Assembly (NCBI GenBank): GCA_050013255.1
Contig: JBEKFP010000001.1
Location: forward strand, 64,001-128,000
Origin: Candidatus Bathyarchaeia archaeon
GTDB lineage: Archaea > Thermoproteota > Bathyarchaeia > 40CM-2-53-6
Direction of reading: 5' to 3'
DNA: 64,000 bases
In this document: piece by piece, positions 39,257 to 46,964 of the stretch
Layout of the letters: every line of letters begins with the position of its first letter
How positions within the stretch are numbered: the first letter of the stretch is position 1
The notes under the pieces: model-generated
Seen by the model: only the letters and a program-made list of their open reading frames with translations
Database searches by the model: none
What the model was told of the DNA's origin: nothing
Made by a program: the position numbers and the translations under genes

Positions 39257-39389
39257 TGCCCAATCCTTGCGCTGCTACCAGTAGAGCGCTGTCAATAAAA
39301 ACAGTACCGACCAGCGAAGTCAAGTGAAAAGCCGCTCAGGCGGCAAACCTCTCATATTGGAGCTTGCAAACTAAGAGCCGAGGATAGCG

Positions 39390-39911
39390 TTGGAGCGCTG
39401 CACGTCTTCTTCGCGCGTTTACGATGGCCGAATCCTGAATTTTCGCGTTGACCAGGTGACGTTGGGGACCGGCAAGACAACGAAACGTGAAATCATTGAA
39501 CATCGCGGTGCCGCTGCAATTGTCCCGGTAACCCGAGACCGCGATGTCATTCTAGTGCGTCAATACAGGTACGCAATAACAACAAACCTACTCGAAATCC
39601 CCGCCGGAACTATGGAACCAGGAGAAACACCTGAGCAATGCGCTTCGAGAGAACTTGAAGAAGAGACGGGATACAGGTGCAAGGAGATTGAGAAGATATT
39701 GGAATTTTTCCCCGTTCCAGGTTACAGCACAGAGAAGATTCACGTTTACCTAGCTAAGGGGCTCATCGACTCGAAGATGCATACCGAAGATGACGAGAAG
39801 ATCGAACTGGAAATAATGCCCTTCCATAGAGCCTTGGAAAAAGTTCGGTCGGGAGAGATCCAGGATGCAAAATCGATCTGCGCACTTTACCGGGCCGCTG
39901 AACTGATTTAG
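39390..39911 (+). CDS. Nudix hydrolase (ADP-ribose pyrophosphatase-like)
   Basis: EIPAG..GETPEQCASRELEEETG Nudix box. Confidence 0.93.
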   Translation: MERCTSSSRVYDGRILNFRVDQVTLGTGKTTKREIIEHRGAAAIVPVTRDRDVILVRQYRYAITTNLLEIPAGTMEPGETPEQCASRELEEETGYRCKEIEKILEFFPVPGYSTEKIHVYLAKGLIDSKMHTEDDEKIELEIMPFHRALEKVRSGEIQDAKSICALYRAAELI

Positions 39912-40492
39912 TGTCTTGCCTCAATTTTGAAGAAAGCAGGTTGGCCCGATGAGATCATCGCCATGACTTCCTCTTTCAGTGCGGATAAATTGATGCCGAA
40001 ATGTTCGTTGTGGTATTTTTCCAGTTTCTCATGAGCACGTTTCATAACTGAGAGCGTGATGTCTTGTTCGCTTTTTTGCAAGTGAACGAGAGCAGCGGCT
40101 AGGAGAATGATGCCCTGTAGGATCTCTTTCTCGGAACCGCTGGACCTTCTCCACGCTGCCTCTAGGGCTTCGTGGCTCTCCCAATATCTCTCCTCATTGA
40201 ACAGGGCCAGGCCTAGTTTGACAGCCTCCGAGTTTTCCATGATCGCGGTTTCCACGTCTAGTTCACGAATCGTCAACAACGAGCCAACCTTATCACCAAG
40301 AACCTGAACGGCCTTGTCTAAGTTAGCCATGGAGTCGATTAAGAGGTCGAGTTCTACAGCGGAACTGCTGATCCGGAGATTTCCTATGTCCCCGCCTAAT
40401 GATCGCACAGCTTCGTAAGCAAGCGAGGTTAAGGGGTGTCGGTCAGCTGGGACGTATTTTCGCTCATTTGAAAGTCGAACCAGGAACCTCAT
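39908..40492 (-). CDS. DUF309-domain protein
   Basis: LFNEERYWESHEALEAAW...QGII. Confidence 0.88.
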   Translation of the reverse strand: MRFLVRLSNERKYVPADRHPLTSLAYEAVRSLGGDIGNLRISSSAVELDLLIDSMANLDKAVQVLGDKVGSLLTIRELDVETAIMENSEAVKLGLALFNEERYWESHEALEAAWRRSSGSEKEILQGIILLAAALVHLQKSEQDITLSVMKRAHEKLEKYHNEHFGINLSALKEEVMAMISSGQPAFFKIEARH

Positions 40493-40581
40493 TCGGGATT
40501 ACCACACTTTGAGCATGTCAGAAAACAGCTATAACAGTGGTTGAGTGTCAACAATTCTCCGATAAGAGTGAGGTTGCTCCC

Positions 40582-40992
40582 ATGTCTGAGTCACAAGAGT
40601 ATGTGGTGGACGGCAACGAAGTAAACAAACTACTGGAACCTTACAACCTTGAAGCATACCAACCCACCAGTGAACTCCACCACATGTTATCGGGCCAAGT
40701 CTTCGATGCGATCGAGAAGAAAGTCGTGAAAGGCTTGATGGATGAGATTGATAAGGCAAAACCTCAGACGGTCAGATTTCAGAACCTTGAAGCGCTGGCC
40801 TCAGGCCCTCACAAGGATTATCTTTACCCAATCTGTGGGGGACTCGCCGTCCTAATAGAAAATCTAGCCGCAAAGAACATACAAGTCACTGGGACAATTC
40901 AAAACCCATGGGTGCTACCTTGGCATTTGGTGGCGAAACTAGACAAGAACTTCAAAGGGATACCGGCCCCCGGCCAAACACAACCCCCGTAG
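40582..40992 (+). CDS. Hypothetical protein
   Basis: GTGAGGT upstream of ATG; fills the gap. Confidence 0.65.
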   Translation: MSESQEYVVDGNEVNKLLEPYNLEAYQPTSELHHMLSGQVFDAIEKKVVKGLMDEIDKAKPQTVRFQNLEALASGPHKDYLYPICGGLAVLIENLAAKNIQVTGTIQNPWVLPWHLVAKLDKNFKGIPAPGQTQPP

Positions 40993-41102
40993 AATCGACG
41001 GGATAGGTAGGTCCGGTCTTCGCAAACCCGCTGACTCAAGGCTCACAGTTGCAGGGTAACGGTTAATTCTGAGCCCACTTTCTTCGAGACAGGTAACTTC
41101 TA

Positions 41103-41564
41103 TTGTCAGTCGAGATTGGACAGAAACTTCCGGATTTCCAACTCCACGACCAGGATCGTAAGCCACGTTCTTTGAGCGACTTCCTAGGAAAGAAAACCAT
41201 TCTGGCGTTCTTCCCAGGAGCTTTCACAGGACCTTGCACGAAAGAGATGTGCACCTTCAGAGACTCATTACCATCCTTACCCGGCCAAGTTGTTGCCGTA
41301 AGCGTCAATGACCCTTTCACAAACAAAGGCTTCGCCGAAACACACAATTTGCAATTTCCCATACTCAGCGATTATTCAAGGGAGACTATCAAGAAATTCA
41401 ACATCATAATGAACGACTTCGCTGGGCTGAAAGGCTATGCAGCAGCAAAAAGGTCTGTGTTCATATTAGACGAGAAAGGCATCGTTCGCTACAGGTGGGT
41501 TTCTGAAGATCCGACGAAGGAACCAAACTACGACGAAGTCAAGAAAACGTTAGCCAGTCTCTAA
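41103..41564 (+). CDS. Peroxiredoxin (BCP/PrxQ-like)
   Basis: FFPGAFTGPCTKEMC, FPILSD, RSVFILD. Confidence 0.93.
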   Translation: MSVEIGQKLPDFQLHDQDRKPRSLSDFLGKKTILAFFPGAFTGPCTKEMCTFRDSLPSLPGQVVAVSVNDPFTNKGFAETHNLQFPILSDYSRETIKKFNIIMNDFAGLKGYAAAKRSVFILDEKGIVRYRWVSEDPTKEPNYDEVKKTLASL

Positions 41565-41656
41565 ACTACGCTTCAGCCCTATCTGCGAGAGCTTCACATT
41601 CACTTCAGTTCTAAAATAGAGTAGGGGAAAAAGAGGGGCCTCGGTTCCATCACGAC

Positions 41657-42277
41657 TTAGTCGATTGTGATCTCTCTGCCCCGCGGTTTTGGCTTCACTT
41701 TTCGGAGGACGATTTCCAGAACGCCGTTGTTGTATGATGCCTTGGAAGTGTCTGGGTCAACGCTGGTTGGGAGTTCAATTTCCTTGTAGTATTTGCGTAT
41801 TTTCGCTGAATCGACACTGATCGTTAGTCTGTTTTCAGATATAGTAGTCTTGATGTCGGATTTTTCGACTCCGGGCAGTTCGGCAACTACGCGGACCTGT
41901 TCTGTTTCGTTGATTACGTCTACCAAGGGCTCGCGTGAGTCCTTTGGTTCTAGTGCTGGTTGTTCGAGGCCGAAGGCTCCAGGCTTCTTGGAAGGTTTGA
42001 CGTTTCCGAACTCTTGTATGACGGGTTTGCCGTCGGGGCCCATACTCATTGAGTAGCCGTAAACGAAGGGACCGAATTGTCGCATGGTTGAACCGTCAGG
42101 CAATTTCCTTTCGGTAATGCTGTCTTTAGGCATGCCTTTCGCCATGTCTTGGAACATGCGTTCGAACATTTGGTCGATATCGCTGAACCACCTGTCCATC
42201 CAACCGAAGGGTGATGCGCGTCCTCGACGTGACCTAAACCAATCGGGGAAGGATTCGTCGTCAGATGACATTCTCAA
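41657..42277 (-). CDS. hsp20: Archaeal small heat shock protein
   Basis: GPFVYGYSM-MGPDGKP--QEFGN, REPLVDV, AELPGV, YNNGVLEI. Confidence 0.95.
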   Translation of the reverse strand: MRMSSDDESFPDWFRSRRGRASPFGWMDRWFSDIDQMFERMFQDMAKGMPKDSITERKLPDGSTMRQFGPFVYGYSMSMGPDGKPVIQEFGNVKPSKKPGAFGLEQPALEPKDSREPLVDVINETEQVRVVAELPGVEKSDIKTTISENRLTISVDSAKIRKYYKEIELPTSVDPDTSKASYNNGVLEIVLRKVKPKPRGREITID

Positions 42278-42301
42278 AGTTCACCTCGCATTTGCTTAAT
42301 T

Positions 42302-42349
42302 TGTTACCTTCAGTAACACTTTTATATAAATATTGTTACGTAAGGTAAC
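42302..42349 (-). promoter_or_regulatory. hsp20 promoter: TATA box flanked by two GTTAC-N5-GTAAC palindromes
   Basis: TGTTACcttcaGTAACA (42302-42318), TTTATATAAA (42321-42330), GTTACgtaagGTAAC (42335-42349). Confidence 0.75.
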
Positions 42350-42412
42350 GCGTCGTTGTCGTTTGGTATGAGAAGGCGCGGCAAACCGTTAGGTGTCTCT
42401 ATCGTGTTGCTT

Positions 42413-42688
42413 TTATGGGGTCGTGAAATAATATTCCGAGCCAGTAGATGTCTCTCGCTTTTTGCCCACAACCGCCTTTCTTTGTAGCAATTTCTCTAAT
42501 GCTACATTTACTCGCTCTGCAGTAGGGTCATTTATTGGTTCAACGACGGCCGTCTGAATAAGTTTTTGAACAATCTCAATAGAAGTGTAGGCCGATTGGC
42601 GATTCTTGCTGAGGAAGTCGAGGACTTCTTCTTCTAAAGTTGGGCCAATTGCTTTTAGTTTCTCAAATTCGTTCCTAGAGATCGGCAA
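42413..42688 (-). CDS. Small winged-helix-like hypothetical protein
   Basis: VLDFL--N---AYT--EI...AL--L-----V...YY pattern. Confidence 0.6.
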   Translation of the reverse strand: MPISRNEFEKLKAIGPTLEEEVLDFLSKNRQSAYTSIEIVQKLIQTAVVEPINDPTAERVNVALEKLLQRKAVVGKKRETSTGSEYYFTTP

Positions 42689-42719
42689 CTTAAGTCTGGA
42701 TTTAGGTGAGCGTTGTAGC

Positions 42720-43030
42720 TTAAGAATCCTTCCGATTGGCGTTTTGGACTATCGTAAGCCACTTGTTTTTGCCCGTAATTTGGATTCCCGCTAGTTCCGC
42801 TGGAGTCTTGCCTTTCAGTGCCTCGTGTGGCCTAACGTAATTGTGGTAGATTTGCATTCCAGTTAGAATTGGTGTATCTGGTTTCTCAAGTGTTCGCATA
42901 ACGCCTTCTCTGTCCCGTAGTTCTCCGTTCATGCGCTCCATCTTATTGTTGTAAACTTTTCCAGACATGCGGATTTCTTGGATGTGCTCGGTTCTTGTTT
43001 CAAGGCGCTTCGTGTAGAACTCTTTCAGGT
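42720..43030 (-). mobile_element. Truncated DDE (IS6-like) transposase/integrase C-terminus
   Basis: H...NNKMERMNGELRDRE...IYHNYVRPHEALKGKTPAELAGI; N-terminal catalytic part missing. Confidence 0.8.
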
Positions 43031-43444
43031 ATCTGAGCCGACAGTGCTGGAATTTACCCGTCTATCGCTATCGAGGTTCACCTAGTAGATCATTAGCCGG
43101 TTGCTCATGATCCCCTCCCCTTTTTCTAAAGGTTAAGGCATGAAAAACCTCGACCGTCTTTATCTGCACTTTCCACCGCTCCTGTGGAAGCGGGTGGATC
43201 GGTATTGGGGACATTAATTATCTAGTGTGTTTGCCTCCGAGTAACATTGGTTCCCCACAACATTACACCACCCACCACCCCCCCACGGGGGGTCCACCCA
43301 TTGAGGGGTGGTGCCAAACGGTGCCAAAAGTCCCAGTTGAACAACCTAAAATCCACTTCGAAAGGCGGACAAGGCTTGAATCGAAACCGGCTCCTAAACC
43401 AATTACCCGATTAACCCGCGTCACTTCTTGTCTAGCATATGTTA

Positions 43445-43473
43445 TACACTGGTTGACTATGCGAACCAGTGTA
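43445..43473. repeat. Perfect 10-bp inverted repeat
   Basis: TACACTGGTT-N9-AACCAGTGTA, just 3' of the 43486-43932 gene. Confidence 0.6.
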
Positions 43474-43485
43474 ATTGGTAACGGA

Positions 43486-43932
43486 TCATCGTCGTCTAAT
43501 TTTACTCAGGAGAACGTAGAGTCCTGATGCGATTAGTATGGCGACGACGGCGTATACGATGTATTTCTCGAGTACGCCGATGCTCACGCCGAGTGCTGTT
43601 ATGTAGCATGGTTCGCCTGGATCGCATGAGCCGTAGACTGCGTAATTGTAGAAGGAATATGCTGTAATGAATAGTGATACGAAGAAGGAGGCGGTAAATG
43701 CCCACGCGAAGATTCTAAAGTTCTGGTAGAAACCTCTCGCCAAGGTCGGGGATATATTGAGCAATTTTGCGGTGACTTTGGCCTTAACCTTCTGCTCAAA
43801 AGCCATGTCGCAGGGACTCAACATCAGGGTTTTCGTAACGCACTTGAACGCTTCCTTTGCGAGCCTGCGATATTTCGCTGACCATATGCTCATCACTGAG
43901 AAGACTACGAGAGCAACCAAACATAGAGGCAT
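43486..43932 (-). CDS. Cys-containing membrane hypothetical protein
   Basis: About 3 TM; LAKEAFKCV...PC, YGSCD...C. Confidence 0.7.
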   Translation of the reverse strand: MPLCLVALVVFSVMSIWSAKYRRLAKEAFKCVTKTLMLSPCDMAFEQKVKAKVTAKLLNISPTLARGFYQNFRIFAWAFTASFFVSLFITAYSFYNYAVYGSCDPGEPCYITALGVSIGVLEKYIVYAVVAILIASGLYVLLSKIRRR

Positions 43933-44194
43933 TCACAGGCCAGCACCATAACCCCGGAGTCCTAATCCCAAATAATGTTCTTCAATAGAGAACATATACC
44001 ATTCTGGTGTTGAGGCACAGTCTCCACTCCTTCGCCACGGCTAAACCCGCTCTCCTAGCGCGATTCCCTGGACAGGCCATCAGTGTTTTCATAATCATTA
44101 AAGCCGGCGAAGTTATGCTCCCAAAATACCGCACGACTACCCTAGAGGAATTGACACAATTCAAAGTTTTCAGGCAAATGGAAAGGAATGGAAA

Positions 44195-44857
44195 ATGCTC
44201 CAAACGCCATGGGTCAAGCGTGGTCTTCTCAGAATCCTGCTCGGCCTGTTTCTTGTGCTTGCGATGCTAACTTCTTTCGGGCATTACCTGGACACATCTC
44301 TAACTTTGCACATGATTGTTCAACACGCCTTCTACCTTATCGGTGGTTTCTTGATCACGGCAGGCGCGGATATGTTAGTCCTAGCCTGGTCGGGGGTTTC
44401 AAGTACAGCGTCTAGGGCATATTCGGCTTTGTTGCGCATTAATGCCACGTATAACAAGAGAGGTTTAGTGACGTTCTTCATCGCGGGCCTTCTTGTTTGG
44501 TATTGGCATTTGCCAGTAAACTTCGACGCTGCTGTATTGGACGAGAGCATTCACATTCTGATGCATACGACGTTCATGGTAGTTGGAAGTTTGATTTTTG
44601 CTGGCTCGAAGCTCCTAACCTGGCGCGTTCGCACCTTTTTGTTGCTCATACCGAGCAAAGCGATGGGTATCTTCGGAGCGTTCCTAATGTTTACCTCCGG
44701 CTACATTTATTCCGTATACCCAGAGTGGCAACAAACGCAATGCGGCCTTGCTATGGTGGTTATGATGCTGGGGATGGATCTGACCCTCGTCCCGTTTTGG
44801 CTGTACAAATATTTCCAGGCACCCACGGCACCACCCTCTCAGGCGATGGGTCGCTAA
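44195..44857 (+). CDS. CtaG/DUF1404-like His-rich membrane protein
   Basis: HMIVQH, WYWHLP--FD-A, HILMH, Q---G--M. Confidence 0.8.
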   Translation: MLQTPWVKRGLLRILLGLFLVLAMLTSFGHYLDTSLTLHMIVQHAFYLIGGFLITAGADMLVLAWSGVSSTASRAYSALLRINATYNKRGLVTFFIAGLLVWYWHLPVNFDAAVLDESIHILMHTTFMVVGSLIFAGSKLLTWRVRTFLLLIPSKAMGIFGAFLMFTSGYIYSVYPEWQQTQCGLAMVVMMLGMDLTLVPFWLYKYFQAPTAPPSQAMGR

Positions 44858-44910
44858 TCCCAAAAAACCTGAAATATGAAGCATGAAAAAGACGATTTGG
44901 TTGGCTTCAC

Positions 44911-45666
44911 ATGGTAGAGTGCGACCGCTGCCATAGGAAATTCGTAACATATGCGGCGCTAAAACAGCATTACGGCGACCAACACTCGAATGCAAAATGG
45001 CCGGACGCGCTCGAGAGCAGGCTAGTTGACGAGAAAAGCCTTCAAACCCATATGGCCAGCTCGACCCCAACTCGAGGCTCGCATACGAAACTGATCCTCG
45101 CGCTAATTCTAATCCTAGTCGTTGTTGGTGGGGGCATGATTTACCTGCCAAGCCTATTCCAAACGAGCACGAACCCTGCTTGCGCAAACTTTCCTTTCCC
45201 TTCAACCGCCAACCAAGACCTGGCTGAACACTACCATGCGCTGCTCTTGATCTACATCAATGGACAGCAACTCCAGTTACCGCCCAACATTGGCGAGGGA
45301 GACTCGGGGCCATGCATTCAACCCCTGCACGTGCACGCGAGCTCACCCGATACAGGGGTAATTCACATCGAAACGCCTCAAGAAAGAACCTACACAATCG
45401 GAGATTTCTTCAGAGTCTGGGCAGCAACCCCCGGCATTGGCGGCCCCACTCCTGCCGTATTCAACCAGAACCAACTCTTCAACTACACCGTCGGTAATGG
45501 CTACGAATTACGGATGTACGTCAACGGCGAACAATCAACGGTTTACGATTCATTGGTTCTTCAAGGCCACATGGTTATTGTAATCGTTTACGGAGCATCT
45601 TCCACTACTAACTGGACCCAATACCAAGGCACCTCAGCTGAAGCGTGGCCATACTCAGGCTACTGA
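44911..45666 (+). CDS. C2H2 zinc finger + TM + extracellular His-motif protein
   Basis: CDRC-RKF-----LKQHYGDQH; TM; HYH..ING..P-NIG..C..LHVH..GVIHIE..TIGDFF..W. Confidence 0.75.
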   Translation: MVECDRCHRKFVTYAALKQHYGDQHSNAKWPDALESRLVDEKSLQTHMASSTPTRGSHTKLILALILILVVVGGGMIYLPSLFQTSTNPACANFPFPSTANQDLAEHYHALLLIYINGQQLQLPPNIGEGDSGPCIQPLHVHASSPDTGVIHIETPQERTYTIGDFFRVWAATPGIGGPTPAVFNQNQLFNYTVGNGYELRMYVNGEQSTVYDSLVLQGHMVIVIVYGASSTTNWTQYQGTSAEAWPYSGY

Positions 45667-45710
45667 AACTAGAAGGAAATCATCCGCCAAGAACAATACC
45701 GGTATCCAGC

Positions 45711-46223
45711 ATGAGCTCCTCTGACCTTCGTGAAAGAATATTCAACTTAATCTACTCGAAGAACAAAACCGAAGAAGCAATTCTACACTTGAACGCCATT
45801 ATCAAAACCTCGCCTGAAAACAGCCTAGCAATAGCCCTGAAAGCTTACGCCCTAAACAAACTGGCAAACATCCACCGTGAATGGAAGTATTCGCAGCAGG
45901 CGTTAGAATATGCAGATCGCGCCCTGGCTTTGAACCCAAACGATGACCTTGCCCTGACAAGTAAGGGTTGGGCTCTAATCGACCTAGGTAGAGCGAATGA
46001 AGCGCTTCCTTTCTTACAGGAAGCTGTTCGAGCTAACCCGAACAGTGAATATTCTTGGTACAATCTTGCTTGGGCTCAGTATTTGACGGGAGATGCGGTT
46101 GCATCAACAGAATCAATAGCAAGGGCTCTGCGGATTAGTCCGGGCAACCCCATCATTAAACGAGGTAAAGAAATGATGGAGAAGGGCGAAGTGCCCAAGC
46201 ATCTGAAAGCTCAGAAATCCTGA
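45711..46223 (+). CDS. TPR-repeat protein
   Basis: ALALNPND, AVRANPNS, ALRISPGN repeats. Confidence 0.85.
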   Translation: MSSSDLRERIFNLIYSKNKTEEAILHLNAIIKTSPENSLAIALKAYALNKLANIHREWKYSQQALEYADRALALNPNDDLALTSKGWALIDLGRANEALPFLQEAVRANPNSEYSWYNLAWAQYLTGDAVASTESIARALRISPGNPIIKRGKEMMEKGEVPKHLKAQKS

Positions 46224-46240
46224 ACGAGAAACACTTTCTG

Positions 46241-46921
46241 CTAGTCCGCAGGCTGACGCTCGACAAAGTCAGCTAGTTGACTGAGGTTTTCGAATTCATG
46301 GTCAGCTCGTTCAGTTGGCGGAGCCGGTTCAGATTTTCGGTTGACCCAGGCTGTTTTGAATCCCAGCCGACGAGCTGGAGGAATATCATACCTGAACCCC
46401 GACGACACATGCAGAATGCTAGTCGGTTTGGTGCCCAGCTTCTTGAGAGCAAGCTGGAATGGCGTTAATGCGGGCTTGTAGGAACCCGCTGCCTCGGCGG
46501 TTACGGTAATGGCGAACTGAACGCCAAGGTTAGTTTTCGTTTTCTCGATTATGTCGTTATCAATGTTTGAGATTATGCCCAACCTGTGTTTTCTCGCGAG
46601 CCTCTCAAGCGCCATGCTGGTCTCCTTGAATATTGGCCAGGTGGGGACTGATTGTACTAGCCTATCACCATCTTGATCTTTGTAGGCGACTTGGAACCTG
46701 TGGAAAGTTTCCTTCAGACTCAAGCGAAGGATTTCTTTGTAGGGCTTGTAAGGGCCCTGAACCATTTCGAAATCAATGTCCTCACGAACCCTAACTACTT
46801 CAGGTATGTTTGCTGTGGCTCCTTTCTCTCGCAGTATTTCATTGAGGAAGCCTGTGATTCCCGTCTCCCAATCCACTAACGTCCCATAACAGTCGAATGT
46901 TATGGCTGAGAGCATCCACAA
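46241..46921 (-). CDS. HAD hydrolase (haloacid dehalogenase type II-like)
   Basis: FDCYGTLVDWE, ISN-D, YKP, HVSS---YDI. Confidence 0.92.
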   Translation of the reverse strand: MWMLSAITFDCYGTLVDWETGITGFLNEILREKGATANIPEVVRVREDIDFEMVQGPYKPYKEILRLSLKETFHRFQVAYKDQDGDRLVQSVPTWPIFKETSMALERLARKHRLGIISNIDNDIIEKTKTNLGVQFAITVTAEAAGSYKPALTPFQLALKKLGTKPTSILHVSSGFRYDIPPARRLGFKTAWVNRKSEPAPPTERADHEFENLSQLADFVERQPAD

Positions 46922-46964
46922 TCCTCCACGCGAGTGCGCTGAGGTGGGCTTCGTCTTGGCTAGT

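Noticed and set aside
43225-43527. 100-aa Pro-rich ORF
   Set aside because: Low complexity, no RBS or motif, lies in decayed DNA
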